Shown one piece after another: positions 47,510 to 60,409 of a stretch of DNA of 64,000 nt (the stretch's first letter is position 1; each line of letters begins with the position of its first letter). The stretch is from Chiloscyllium plagiosum (Eukaryota): NCBI RefSeq assembly GCF_004010195.1, contig NC_057759.1, positions 510,264 through 574,263 of the forward strand, written 5' to 3'. The notes beneath the pieces are model-generated. The model was not told where the DNA came from. It saw only the letters and a list, made by a program, of their open reading frames with translations, and did not search any database. A program made the translations under genes and the position numbers.

Positions 47510-49070
47510 GCTATTAAAGAAACAAGTAGAAAGCATAAAATATATACCAAACACTTCCCCAAGTAGCTAAAAAGGAAAAGAACGGTGGAAGTAAACGGGG
47601 ACCTTTTAGAGGACGAACATAACAAAGTAATAAGGGAAACTCAAAAGTGGCAGAGGCATAATCACTACTTCATGTTTTCACAGTGGAAGATAAATTCTTC
47701 CCAAAATTAACTGCAACTACAAAGGACCTTCATGGAATTAGAATCATGAGGAAAAACGTATGACGTAAATTGATGGGATTAAAGACAGGTAAGGCCGTCG
47801 GACCTGATGGACTGAACCCTATGATATTAAAGGAGGTGATAGTAAAGATAGTGGATGTATTAGTTAGGATATTCAAAAGCAAATCTTGGATTCTGGAACG
47901 GTACCAATGTATTGGAAAAGTAATATTGTGACACACTTATTCAAAACAGGAGGTAAACAAAAAGTGGGAACTATAGACCAGTGAGTTTGACCTCTGTAGT
48001 GGGGAAGTTGCTTCAGTCAATTGGAAAGTAGGAAGTAACAGAACAGTTGGAAAAGCAAAGATCAATTCGTCAGTGACAATACTGTTTCATGATGTGCGGG
48101 TTGTGCTTGACACACCTGCTGGCGTTCTTTGAGAATGGAGCCAACAATGTGCATAATAGGGATCCAGCAGATGTGGTTCATTGTGGACTTCCCGAAGGCA
48201 TTTGACAGGTACCACATAAATGATAGACCAACAAGGTTAGGTCCAAGGGGATTAAGGGAAGAACATTGAATTGGATAGAGGATTGACTGACTGACAGAAG
48301 CAGAGCATCGGGATAAACGTTCCTTCACTGTAGAACTGAAACTAGCGAAGTGCTGCAGGGTTCAACACTCAGACTTCAATTGTTTACAATCTATACAAAT
48401 GACCTGGAAGGAGAGACAGAGTGTAGCAACAAAATTCGCAGTTGGTATGAAAATATGTGAGAAAGCAGGCTGTGATGAGGAGATGAAGAGTTTACAGATG
48501 AACATTTTTAGGCTAAGACAATAGAAAACACCTGCAGATGGAGATTAATGTGGATAAGTGGTCGATTCCATTAATAGAAAGAAAATAAAGGACAAATGAT
48601 TAACTAAATAAGAAGCGGATTGAAAGTGCATCAACAATGAAGATTGTAGGTGTGTTTGTGCATGACTCACAAAGTACGTATGCAGATAACACATATATTA
48701 AGAAATGCACTTTGCATTTGTTGCAAAAAATCTGGAATAAAGAAGAAGATTTGGCAGAATCATCTAATACCTTGATTGAGGAGACTGAAAAGATATTCTC
48801 TGGTGAGACAGACGCAAACCAGTAGTTATACATATAGAGTGAGATGAGGAGAAACTATTGCTCAGTGGATTGTGAATCTGTGGAACTTACTGTGCCAGAG
48901 TGTAGTGGAGGTTAAATTGTACGTTTTTGATGAAAATCAGGGTTAGGGCTTTCGCACCAGGAAGGAAAGTGGAGTTGAGACCAGAAAAAGATTAGGTATG
49001 ATCGTATTAAATATCGCAGGGAATCTAAGGCCTGAATTTCCTACTCACACCCCTATTTCCTATGTTCTTA
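47510..49070 (+). mobile_element. Decayed CR1 ORF2 with internal deletion
   Basis: KAVGPDGLNP, aactatagaccagtgagtttgacctctgtagtggggaag, gacttcccgaaggcatttgac; tail cctatttcctatgttctta. Confidence 0.85.
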
Positions 49071-51079
49071 AGTTGTTCCTTCCGCAGTTCTTTAGCTTTT
49101 ATTCACCTTTGGTTGTTGGGGTGGCAGGAGTCGGGAGGTTTCATCGAGGGAGATGTCGGTTGCTCTGTGTGTTGGAACAACCCAGAAATGTGGAGGAAAG
49201 ACAACAGCCAGGGCTTGTTGATTGCCACAGCAGGCCTGACAACCAGATGGCCGATCCATGATCTTACTTCCAGATGTTTAATTGCAAGGAGTAATTGTAA
49301 ATCATAATGTTACAGTCAGACAGTCAATCTATAATTGACATTGCCATTTTATAATCAAGGGGCAAATGACCATTTCGATCCGAAGAGTTGGTTATTATTT
49401 TGAGATTTAATGGCTATTTGCTGCAACTCCTGGCTGGGAACTGGGTGACGGAAAGGTAAAACACTATAACATTGTCGCAACTTGAGAACTTCGAAATTGA
49501 ATAAAAATATTGCATTATCAATTCCATTGGAATGTGGCCATAATATTTATCTTTTGAAAAGTATTTTGAATTTTTATGAAAGAATGCTGAGCATTGAAAG
49601 TTCAGAAAGGGAAGCTATAAAAGGGACATGAATCCATAATGAGGTCTAAGTGGGTGAAGGGAACGGAAAGATATTGGTGTTTGGATCATAGTTTTAAAAA
49701 TGTGTCTGTCTTTGAGTACACTGGCGAGGTGAATGGAAAAGTGGTGTATTATTTCAATGGTCAGATTGCGAAACTGAGGCACGAGTATCGGGGTTCCTGG
49801 ATCACAAAATAAAGCTTCTGCATGACTGTGAAGTTTTTATTTCTCTGCGAAGCAATATAAATGTTGAGGTGTTTGGACACCGAATACATTTAGAAATAGG
49901 GACGTTTTTACACAGTTTTACTAATTACTGTTGAGGCCACGTTCACTTTAAAAGTGTCGCCTTGTTGTTGAGTTGCTGTTAAACGGCTCGATAAGGAGCC
50001 ACTCTCAACCTCCTCTACTTCAAAGAAAAAACAAGTAAATCGAGCCTCTTTTCAGAGTTAGCGTGCTCTCTTGCCTTGTTACTTCTGAAATTCATCACCT
50101 CACATTTATCAATGTTAAATTTCATCAGCCATTCATCTGAATTACTGGACAATTCGTTTACACCCTCCTGTCATCGCTTTGTACCAACTACATTATTTAT
50201 TCTTCCCCCAACTCCATCCCTCACATTCACATCATCATTATTTCTTCCTGTCCCGCAGATGTTATCCACAGAAGACGAATTGAGAATTCCAGTCTCTTGT
50301 TTTTTTTTTACTTTGGCGAATTTACAGCGTGATGCAGTTGAGGTCTTCTTTTTATGACCATGGAGCTGAATTTTATTTTCGACATGGAGCTGAATTCTCC
50401 TTTCATGCTACGTCCTTCTGTATGGTTTATTCATTAGGGTTCCATGTAATTAATATTTTGACTGAGTAACGGTGCCTTTCACTGCAACATCTATATTTTA
50501 TGTGAATCTGGATAATATTCCTTGTAACCTTCCCTGCAACAATCAGAGCTGAAAGAATTTTTCATGAGCGGGATGGACACAGACTCATAAGATTGTTTGA
50601 AAGAGCTAGAGTGATGAGGATAAAGATTTAACTAAATTGTACAAATAGACAAACGTTAGGAGATCAAATTATATCATTAAGTCTACCCTTGAATTGGAAG
50701 CAAATTATTAGAACATACACCAAAATTCTTACTATTGTAAAAAAAGTTTAAACAATGTTCTTGGAGTGGCATGGATCTGACAGCTGCTACTGAGATTGCA
50801 GACATAGTTAAAGACTTTTTTTTAACAGTTAATACAGTCATTATTGTTTATGAATGAAAGATTATTTTCTATTTTTTTAATTAACATTCAACGACAAACA
50901 ATAAAAGGCAACATTTCGCGATATTTCTTTCAAATGATTTTTAAAAACGAGTTTGTTAAGGGTGAAATAAAATTACAAAAGTATGTATATGCTTTAAAAG
51001 TTTTTATAACACTGCAAAAGCTCTTTGTTTCGAAAAAGCAAACAGTTTATTTCAAATAAGCCGTTGTGCGTAAATTCTG

Positions 51080-53640
51080 GAAACATGTGTTTAGATCTGG
51101 AGAAGACCTTTCTCTTTGAGGCATTTATTGAACAGGAATATTTTAATAGAGTAAATTAGCGAAATGGTTGAACTTTTAAAAAAGATATATATTTGGTGTG
51201 TGTAAACTGCTATTTTAGCAAAGTTTTCTGCCCATAATGGCAGATAATATATGTATCAGGTGTTATGTAACATGTTATTGTTAGGCTTCATGTTACTAAG
51301 GCCATATATAAAGTACAGACAGAGAAAGCTAGAAGATTTAGGAAAGTTATTATCCCGTAAAATCATTTAGATAGATGGTGGACTCACAGGAAATGTAGGA
51401 AAACAATTCAAAAGGCTTTGATGGCTATTCCTCTATCAAACAGATATTCGTTTTTTGTAACTGTTGAAGGGCATTGACGATTCTTACATTAGCGTTTGAC
51501 AAGATTTAGTAGAATTATTGCTACAGGGAACTCTCCTGTCAGAGACATAAAGGTGGAGACTCTCTGGCAGTGAGCGTAAATTGAGAATGTTGCTTTCCCG
51601 GTGCTAGGATTAAGAATGCATCTGCACCCTTCAATCATATTAATATGAGATTGACACGCGAGAAATTACTATGCGTATTGGTAGGAATGTCATGTTTAGG
51701 TTAAAAAGAAAGAACAGTACAGAATGAACTTAAGAGTTGAGGTCGAAGATTTCATAAAAAAAAACATTAAAAGCAGTAATTTCTGGTTTACTCCCAATGC
51801 CAAATATAACCGGGGGAAGGAGGAAAAGGTTAATGGAGAAAAATCAATGGCTGAAGAGCTCGTGTGTTGTTCTAGGATTTAGGGAAGGATTTGGGAAATT
51901 GGAATGGGGCTTTTGAAATAGAACAGACCTGTTTAAATATGATTGGCCTAATCGAAACTGGAAAGCAACCAATATCTTGGCATATAGATTTGCTCACTCC
52001 ACATTGGGAAACTTCATATTAGTCGAGAAGGCAACTGAAGGTATTCTAAGTAGCTGTGTAAATGGTAGGATCGGTGTAGAAGGTTCTGAATGTGAGGAGA
52101 GCATGTCAGTTATAAAAGTCAGAGCATGTAGTAATTCTGTATAACTGCATTGCATTTGTTTCAATGCAAGTGGCCTTACAGGGAAGGCTGTTGAACATAG
52201 GGCATGTTTAAAAACATGGGATTGGGACGTCATAGCTATTACAGATAGATTTTAAAAGACTGGCAGTTCAGTGTTTCACGCGTTAGGCGCTATAATAAAT
52301 ATAGAAAAGGAGAATGGAGAATTGGTGTTTGTGATTAAGGAATAAATTATTGCTGTAACAAGGGAAGCTATTTCTGGCAAAACACACAGTGAAAATATAT
52401 GGGTAGAAACTAAAAATAATAAAATATAGATCTCTTCGATGGTATTGTACTAAATGCTCCCCAACAGTAAGAAAGAAACTGAGAAAAAAGTATCTAGGGA
52501 ATTTTCAGATAGACCTAAGCATAGCAAGGTTGTAATAATGGGGGATGTTAATTTTCCAAAAAAAATGTTTGGGACTACGATAGTGTTAAAGATTTGGATT
52601 ACGAAGGTTTCGTCAAATGTGTTCAAGGAAATTTTCATTGTCAATATGTGGATGCTCCTACTAGAGAATGAGCAAAATAGACCATCTTTGGTTCAATCAG
52701 GCAGGGCAATTGACTGAAGAAAAATAAAAGCAGGGAAACTTTGGGTCTCGAAATTAGAACTCTAGTAGTTTAAAATGGTTATGGAAAATAATATGCCTTT
52801 CACAAATATGATCTTTTAAATTGGAGTATCACACATTTTAATGGTATGAGACAAGGACTTTCAAAGATTTATTGGAGTAGACTGTTAGCAGGTAAAAGGA
52901 CGTCTGACAAGTGGGAGACATTCAACACTTTGACGATGAGGGTTCAGAGGCATTATGTTCCTGTTAGAGTGAAGGTAAGGCTGGTAAGATTAAGGACCAA
53001 TGGATGAGTAAAGTTATCGAGGTTGTATTTAAGAATAAAACAGAATCTTTCTTTAAATATAGATTTTTTTTCAATTGAATCTCTTAATCAATATGACGTT
53101 TGTGGGGCATTCGTCAGAGATAAATCAGGAAGGCAAAAAGGGGATATGGGGTAGCATTTGCTTATTAGGTAAAGGATAATCAAAAGATTTTTACAATTGG
53201 ATTAATATCAAAAGGGTAATTAGGGAGGGTGTAAGGCTTCTGAAAGATCAAGGGCGACATCTTTGTACTGAACACCAGGCGATGCAAAATGAAACCATTC
53301 TGTTCCTGTTGCATCAGATACCGGCAACCACACACTGTTGTTAGCACCTCACATTACCCAGATTGAACTCTATCGGCTTTTTGTCAGCCCATTACCCAAT
53401 TTGGTCAAGATCCTTTTTAATCACAGATCACCTTCTCCACTGTCAACAGTCATACCAATTTTGGTGTCATCCACAAACTTCCAACGATGCCATCTATATT
53501 CTCATCCTTATCTTTTATATAAGTGACAAACAATGAAAACACGGAACCAACTTCTGTGGAACACTTCTAGTCACATAACACCCGCACGAAAAACAACCCT
53601 CCACCATTACTCTCTGGCACTTGCCATTGCGCCAATTGAA
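51080..53640 (+). mobile_element. Strongly decayed CR1 (ORF1 esterase and APE region), with a minus CR1 fragment at ~53330-53640
   Basis: Reads CICFNASGL and VVIMGDVNFPK; also gtaatttctggtttactcccaatgcca (esterase region). Confidence 0.7.
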
Positions 53641-55327
53641 AGTGCTGGACATAAACTCAGCACTTCTGGCAGTATCGGGCAGAAAGAAACGGAATTAATT
53701 ATTGCTTGAGTCCAATGTGACTTGTTTAGAACAGGTTCATGTGAGACTCGATATATTAACGCTGCTTCTCTCTCCAGATCCTGCCTCATTTGTTGCATTT
53801 CTTCACCATCTTATGTTTGTATTTCAGTTTTACATGACCGCTAATGTTTTACTTTTGTTGATGTGACTAGATGTTGAACCTGGTTATATTTGGACAATAT
53901 GCTCCTTTCATTTTCCCAGTACTTGTGCCGGTGACACTTGTGTTACACTGCAGTCTTTTTCTTCTTTAATTTCCAAGAAATAACATTTTGCCAATATCCT
54001 CTTAAATGAGCGAATCTCAGCAAATTGATTTTGAAGTAAAAGGCACTTTACAGCCAACAACATTTTACAAAACAGGAGGAATATTTTGATGCTGACGTCA
54101 TCTGTTTCCTTTATGAATAAGCTTGTCTCCTCAGGCTCTGTCAGCTTTTCGCACATTTCTCACAATAATTACAGCAAAGATGGTGGTCACTCAGCCCATC
54201 ATCTCTGTACCAGCTGAGAATTAGTTATATCCGAACTGTTACTGTACTGTGATCTCCTTGTAAACCTACACATTTTGTTATCTGTGTCTGTGTTTAATTC
54301 TGAATATCTTGTCCAGAAAGGAACAATCTCAAACCTGTATCACCTGTGATTAAATAGTCTATATGTAGTATGATATCACATTTAAAATTTCGTGTTCTAT
54401 TCACATTGCTGTTCGACATCCATCCCCGATATGTCATCTGTTCCTTGATCTGAATTGCGTTTCGTTCCATTTGTCACAAAGAGGGATGGTTGAATAGTCG
54501 CGACTGGGAGATCTTACTGTATTCCTCTGTAGTCTCCACAACCACTGTTCCCACTCCTTTCTGTCCCTTAGACAGTGTCACATACATTTTGTCCCTGATT
54601 TAGCAATCCATGGGTTTTCATGAACGAGGTCAATGCACATTCCACATTTGCCTTCGGACTGCTTTAAAAACGACAAACTCTTTTCTGATATTTGTGAGTT
54701 CATATAAAAATGCTGAAGCGCATTTAGTTTGAAAATAAAAAAAAAATTGACAATTAGAGGAATGAGAGGAATATCCAGACAAATCCACACTTTCAGTGTC
54801 TGATCATGGCAAATATGCCAACTGATAATCTGTTGAATGGCACTTATTCTAATGAAGGAAGGATCAGCACAGTAACAACAGCTAGATTGTGTTTTTATTG
54901 GAGGGGTTCAATGGGGGTTTATGAGATTACTGCATTGCACATGGACAACACAGCAGAATCATCTAGTCTGCAATAAGAAAACATTCGTCAATCTTCCTCA
55001 CAACTGGCAATTCAAGATGGGAAATGAGACGAACAGCCAGCGATGTCAAAATTCAATCCAGGCCAGTTCTTATTGTGAACTGAACGGGTTGTATTGAAAC
55101 GGGTTAACTGGAACTGTTTGTTCAGTGACTGTGATTGACTTCAGTCTCCATGGATCCTAACTTTGTCACTGGAGGATTTATCTCTTCTCTTAGTATAGGG
55201 TTTCTTTCGGTGCTTAATCTCATTGTAGCAGCAGATGCATGAAGCCGACACTAACAGGGATCAGCAGCTGCAGAGACGGGGTGGGAGAGGTCAGAATCAG
55301 GGAACATTAGACTGTCATGTTACAACA

Positions 55328-55502
55328 ATGGATCAGAATTTGACAAAAGTAGACTGGAATATTACAAGAATGGAAAAACATTTATCCTGGGGTATTTACT
55401 TAATTACCACGTTTTGGTCAAACTTACCAGATCGGATACGAGGGATGCTGAAGATTATTCAAGCGGGATACTATCCCATCCTCGCTATTGTTGGTGTTCC
55501 TG
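55328..55502 (+). CDS. First coding exon of a GPR139-like class A GPCR (N-terminus + TM1); exon 2 not found in the window
   Basis: Open frame MDQNLTKVDWNITRMEKHLSWGIYLITTFWSNLPDRIRGMLKIIQAGYYPILAIVGVP followed by G|gtaagt (phase 1). The YY..L..xGxP motif with an intron just before the TM1 Asn matches GPR139/GPR142-family structure. Two N-glycosylation sequons (NLT, NIT). Confidence 0.75.
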
Positions 55503-56400
55503 GTAAGTCTCTGTATATCTATCGATTTATTAATTACATAAATCATGTTGAAATTCATTGGTATTTATGATACCAATACCTAGTACCTTCAGTTTCAATT
55601 GCAAACTCAATTCATTATCAAATTTCAGACCCCATTCCCCACCTACACAAATGTCTGACAGCAGGACTGTTTAGAATCCCAAAAGCCTTTGGCCTGAATT
55701 GATTTATGTTTCTGTATTCTCTCCGTCACCAAACCTATCCACTACCAGGTCTATGACATCCCCAGTTCCCATCTCAGCGTCAGTGCTGTTGAACTTATAC
55801 CAATATGTATGCCCTGTTAAAATTCAGACTTTACGGTTCAAGCTGTCTTCTAAGTAATCTTCCAGTTACTACGTTACTTCCAGAAACTTCGTTCACAGCC
55901 TTGTTCTTACCTCTAAAGTAAGTTTACGATAGGGACACTGAGTCAGAGTATTAAGGCATCTTGACAGGTAATTCAGAAGCACAGGTGATTACACGAAAGG
56001 TAGTGCTTCAAACCCTACCGCTGATGTTGTCAGACCTTCAACAAAATGATAGGAATTGGAAATATAAACGAATTTCACTAATGTCAAACATAACATCACC
56101 AGTATTTTGCGTATAAGCTCCTTTGGTAAAGAAATCAAACATTATTACATGGTCTGAATTAAGAGTAACTTCAGACCCACATCAATGTGCTTGGCTCTAC
56201 TGCCTGAAGGAATGGTCTCACAGTAAAGGGCATTTAGTGAGGTCAACAAATGTGGCCCATGCCAGCTATGCAGATATCCCACGTCATAACAAAATTAAAG
56301 GTTAAATAAAACAAAGAGTGATGCTAGAGATCGGAAGCTTTAAGAACGAGAAAGTGCCAGAGGAACTCAGATTTGACAACTTTGGGTCGCAAGAACCTTT

Positions 56401-56685
56401 GGGCGGCATGGTGGCACAGTGGCTAGCAGAGCTGCTTCACAGTGCCAGAGACCCGGGTTCAGGTGACTGACTGTATGGAGTTTGCACATTCTCCCCGTGT
56501 CTGCGTGGGTTTCCTCCGGGTGCTCCGGTTTCCTCCCACAGTCCAAAGATGTGCAGGTCAGGTGAATTGGCCATGCTAAATTGTCCGTAGTATTATGTGA
56601 AGGGGTAAACATAGAGGTATGGGTAGGTTGCGCTTCGGCGCGTCGGTTAGGCTGAATGCCTGTTTCCACACTGTAAGTAATCTAA
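56401..56685 (+). mobile_element. HE1-type V-SINE
   Basis: gggcggcatggtggcacagtgg...ttctccccgtgtctgcgtgggtttcctccgggtgctccgg...tttccacactgtaagtaatcta. Confidence 0.93.
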
Positions 56686-56710
56686 ACAGAGTTGGCATTT
56701 CGAGTTCACT

Positions 56711-56847
56711 AGGCGAAGTTAGGTACAGCAGATGCTGGAAATAAGAGTCCTGATTAAGGGCGTTTTAAACACCAAAATGTCGATTTTCCTGCTCCTCGGA
56801 TGCTGCCTGACCTGCTGCGCTTTTCCAGCACTACTCTAATCTTGACT
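56711..56847. mobile_element. Short PLE family A insertion, degenerate
   Basis: gcagatgctggaaataagagtcCTGATTAagggc...gtcgattttcctgctcctcggatgctgcctgacc; flanked by catttcgagt(tc/ct)act direct repeats. Confidence 0.7.
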
Positions 56848-57179
56848 CATTTCGAGTCTACTGACCATGCATCAGAAATGAACGCAGCTGGGAAATGGCA
56901 TGATTGATGCTTCTGACAGAGGTGTCGGTCGTGAAGGAGAGAAGGAGTCAGTTAATTTGATGTAGAAAGAGAGCGATAGAAAAGAACGAGCAAACAAATG
57001 GATTGATAATAATCAGCTAGAGTTGAAATAAAATACGAGCTTAATCTTATTTATTTTTCTCCTGTTGGCATTTTGCTGAATGTCATGCCCATGTAGAGTA
57101 AACATCAAAGTCCCTGTTGAAGGTGATTCAGTTGTGTCACTTTGTCTCTCTTCCTGATTGTGATAATCTTCTTTTATTA

Positions 57180-57650
57180 ATTAATGGGATGCTCGGTCAG
57201 CATTTAATTTGCTTTCCTCGTTGTTCTTGAAAAGGTGTTGGTGAGCTACTTTTCTGAAACCCTGAAGTCCTTGGGTTGTAAATAGTCGGTGCTTAGGTCC
57301 GTCCAGTTTCATTTGTTTGAGACTTTTATGATTGATGCAATCGAGTGACTGGCTTGGCCATTTCAAATCGAAAGTGAGAGTTAAACACATTGCTGTGGGT
57401 CTGGTGTCACATGTAAGCCTGACCAAGTGAAGATGCAGATTTCCTTACTTGGAGGACATTAGAAAGCCAGGTAGAATTTTTTCTGACAATCGAAAATGGT
57501 TTCATAGTTGTATTTGATTCTTAATTCCTGATGTTTTATTGATTCAAATTCCACCATTTGCCATGGTAGGATTCAAATTCGGGCTCTCTGTCATTAGTTG
57601 GGTCCCTGGATTAATATGCTGGAAATAATATGGCTAGGCCATCGTCTCCC
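57180..57650 (-). mobile_element. Second shark SINE family, near full length with LINE-derived tail
   Basis: attgctgtgggtctggtgtcacatgtaagcctgacc...attcaaattccaccatttgccatggtaggattcaaa; the tail resembles the LINE end at ~27700. Confidence 0.8.
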
Positions 57651-57759
57651 CAGCATCTCCAAGCACCTTCATTGGTAATAGTGGTGTTACTTTTGGCGTG
57701 GCTGTGTTTAAAGCACAACTATTCACAAGCCAAAGGAGTGATTTGGCAAAAAACTGCCA

Positions 57760-58365
57760 AGCTCATTTTGTATTTAGTAGAAGGTTAGTGGATGGGAAGT
57801 GCTCTTGGCGAAAAGGAACTGAATGTCCTTGGTCATGAGTCACTAACAGAATTCGTACGTGGCAGCAAACAATCAGCGCAGTACGTGGTATGCTGATCTT
57901 CACTGCAAAATAATTAAAGTACAGGAGTGAATACACCTTCCCGCAGTTTTAGAGTCTTATTAAGGCAGCAATTCAGATTTTTCTCTCCTTGATAAGGAAT
58001 GATCTCCTTGACATAATGAGGCAGTGTAAAGGAATTTTACCAGATTAATTCCTGGGATTAGGGTATGATGAGTAGAGTATGAAGGAAATGAGTCTTTAAT
58101 CTGTGATGCTACCAAAAAATAAAAGGTGATTACATTCAAAGTTGAGGGTTATGGACTAACACTCACTTTTTCCAAAACAAAACATTGATAGCATGGAAAA
58201 TGAAACGTGTTTTCCCACGATATGTCTTTTCTCATTTGGACAGGAAAGATGGATTTGGGCCAACAGCAGGGCAATGGCGTGCGATGGATGGAGATTTTGG
58301 TCGGCATGGACCAGTTTGGCCTGAAGGGCCCGTATCCGTGCCATAGCATGCTATGACTCAGTGAT
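57760..58365 (+). mobile_element. Decayed CR1 fragments and tail
   Basis: ttggtcggcatggaccagtttggcctgaagggcccgtatccgtgc...ctatgactc. Confidence 0.7.
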
Positions 58366-58924
58366 AGTTTACGTATCTGTGTGCAACCCCGATTTTCGTT
58401 GAAAGAGTACTCCAGGATTTGAATGATCTGTCACCATCTCAATGTGTGTGTCCCTGCACTAAATGTCATGTTGTTCACAAATCTGTCAGCAGCCACAATC
58501 TGAAGGATTCCGCCGTCCCCACTAGCTTCTGAACTCCATGCAGTACACTGACCTGTCTTCTCGGAGATGGAAGATGTCCCCTTGAGACTTAGCACAAAAC
58601 ATCCACTTTCCCTCCTCAACATCAGCAAACCACGTTAAAGTAACACGTGTGTGCTAATAGCAACGGAACCAGGAGGAACAACATGGAACAGTCTGTCTGT
58701 GCGGTCTCTGCTTCATTGGTTTGTCGTGTTGGAGCATCAATGACATTCTCCTATTCCTGTGGAACAGTTTGTAGGGGCTGAATGGCCGGTACTGTTCATG
58801 TGTTGGATTCTCGATGGGCTGATTCTCGATTCTCGATTCTTTCTGGTCCCTGGGCAGTATTGGATGACCCATTGTTCCTGCTTACCAGTGTGACAGGCTG
58901 ACAAGTCTTCCTGTGTAATAGTGG

Positions 58925-60230
58925 ACAAGCAGGAGGCTGGAAGAACACAGCAAGCCAGGTAGCATCAGGAGTTTGAGCCGTCAACGTTTCAGGTATAACC
59001 GTTCTTCAGGACTGGAGGTGCGGGTTGGGGCAACTGCAGATAAAGAAAGAAGGGGGATATTTCGGGGAGGCAGATCAGCAGAATGGTGAGGTAGCGATAG
59101 GTGGACAAAAGTGGCGAGTGAAACCTGGTTGGTCGATGGGATGAATGATTCTAGTTCGTAGGTGGAATGAAAGAGAAAAGGTGGTACCGAAAAAGGATTT
59201 GGGGCAGGTTGGGCAGTTTTTTTCAAACTGAAGAACTCAAAGTTGAGTCCTCTGGACTGTAGGCAAGCCAGGCAGAAGATAAGAAGCTGTTCCTCCAAGT
59301 TGTGTCCTGTCCCACTGTAGCAACAGAGGAAGCCGAGGATGGACATGTTGGAGAGGAAGTGGGAGGGTCAATTCAAATGGGCATTTGCTGAAGGTCCAGA
59401 CGGCCCCTGCGGGCCCGTCTGCGATGTTCATTAAAACACTTAGTTTATATTTGATCATCCCAATGTGGAGAAGACCACATTTGGAGCGTGGATGGAGGCT
59501 AAGGGTTGATATACAGGCAAGCATTGCATCTTTTCCGATTTCAGTTGAAGATACCTGGAATGATTGGAGGGGAGTGTGGTACAAACCAAGGACTGGCGAA
59601 GGGAATGGTTCTTGTGGAAGATGTAACAGGTGGTGGGATGCAAACTAGTTTTCTGAATCGGATTCTCTTGATGCGGTCTTCTGTACGTCGGGGAGACCAA
59701 ACGTAAACTTAGAGAAAGGTTCATTGAGAATCGCAGCCAAGTCCTCAGAGGCCGACCGGACATTCCAGTTACCTCCCTTTTTAACTCTTTCCCACTCTCC
59801 TTACGGAATGACCACCTTTGGCCTCCACAACAAATCAATCAGCAAATTGGATGAACAACACCTAATCTTCCGCCTGGGCATCCTATAGTCGGGAATACTC
59901 AACGTTCAGTTCTCCACTTTAAAACAACCTTCTTTCGTAGCTTCTCCCTTCCATTCCATTGAAAGACCCTTCTTTCCAAGTACCAACCGGATTCATTCCT
60001 CCCATCGACCAAAATAGTGCTACCCTTTACCTATGTTCACTTATCCTCACATCACCACCCCACTCCCCCCTCCCCACACCCCGTTATCAGCAGTTCCCCT
60101 TACCCTTATCCCCAGTCCTGAAGAAGGGTTAAAAACAAGCTGTTGACTTCTCCATCTCCTGATGCTGCCCAATTTGCTGTGCTCTTCTGGCCTCCTGCTT
60201 GTCGACTTTGAAATCCAACATTTCCAGTTT
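58925..60230. mobile_element. Inverted pair of Penelope-like elements (minus ~58925-59640, plus ~59660-60230) with GIY-YIG remnants
   Basis: The plus copy reads CGLLYVGETKRKLRERF...LDEQHLIFRLG. The minus copy reads CGLLHIG...LEEQLLIFCLACLQSRGLNFEF. Both end in CTGAAGA-containing termini pointing outward. Confidence 0.82.
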
Positions 60231-60409
60231 AATATTATCTTTTCCTGTGTAACAGACAGGAGAGAGTGCCTGGGCTGTGACTCTTCTCATTCAATAGGTT
60301 CGATGGGCTTAATGACTTTCTCATATTCTTGTGAAACCAGCTTTAGATGCTGAATGAGCACCTCTTTTCTTACCGTGGACTTGTCCAGTGTCTAGCAGTA
60401 CTGTTACAT

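Noticed and set aside
48998..49307. Overlapping plus-strand ORFs after a CR1 tail
   Set aside because: They start inside the CR1 3' UTR and show no recognisable protein motif.
53908..54156. 82-aa minus ORF with a TGACGTCA (CRE) palindrome at ~54093
   Set aside because: No recognisable domain or splice context, and a single 8-mer is not enough to call a regulatory site.
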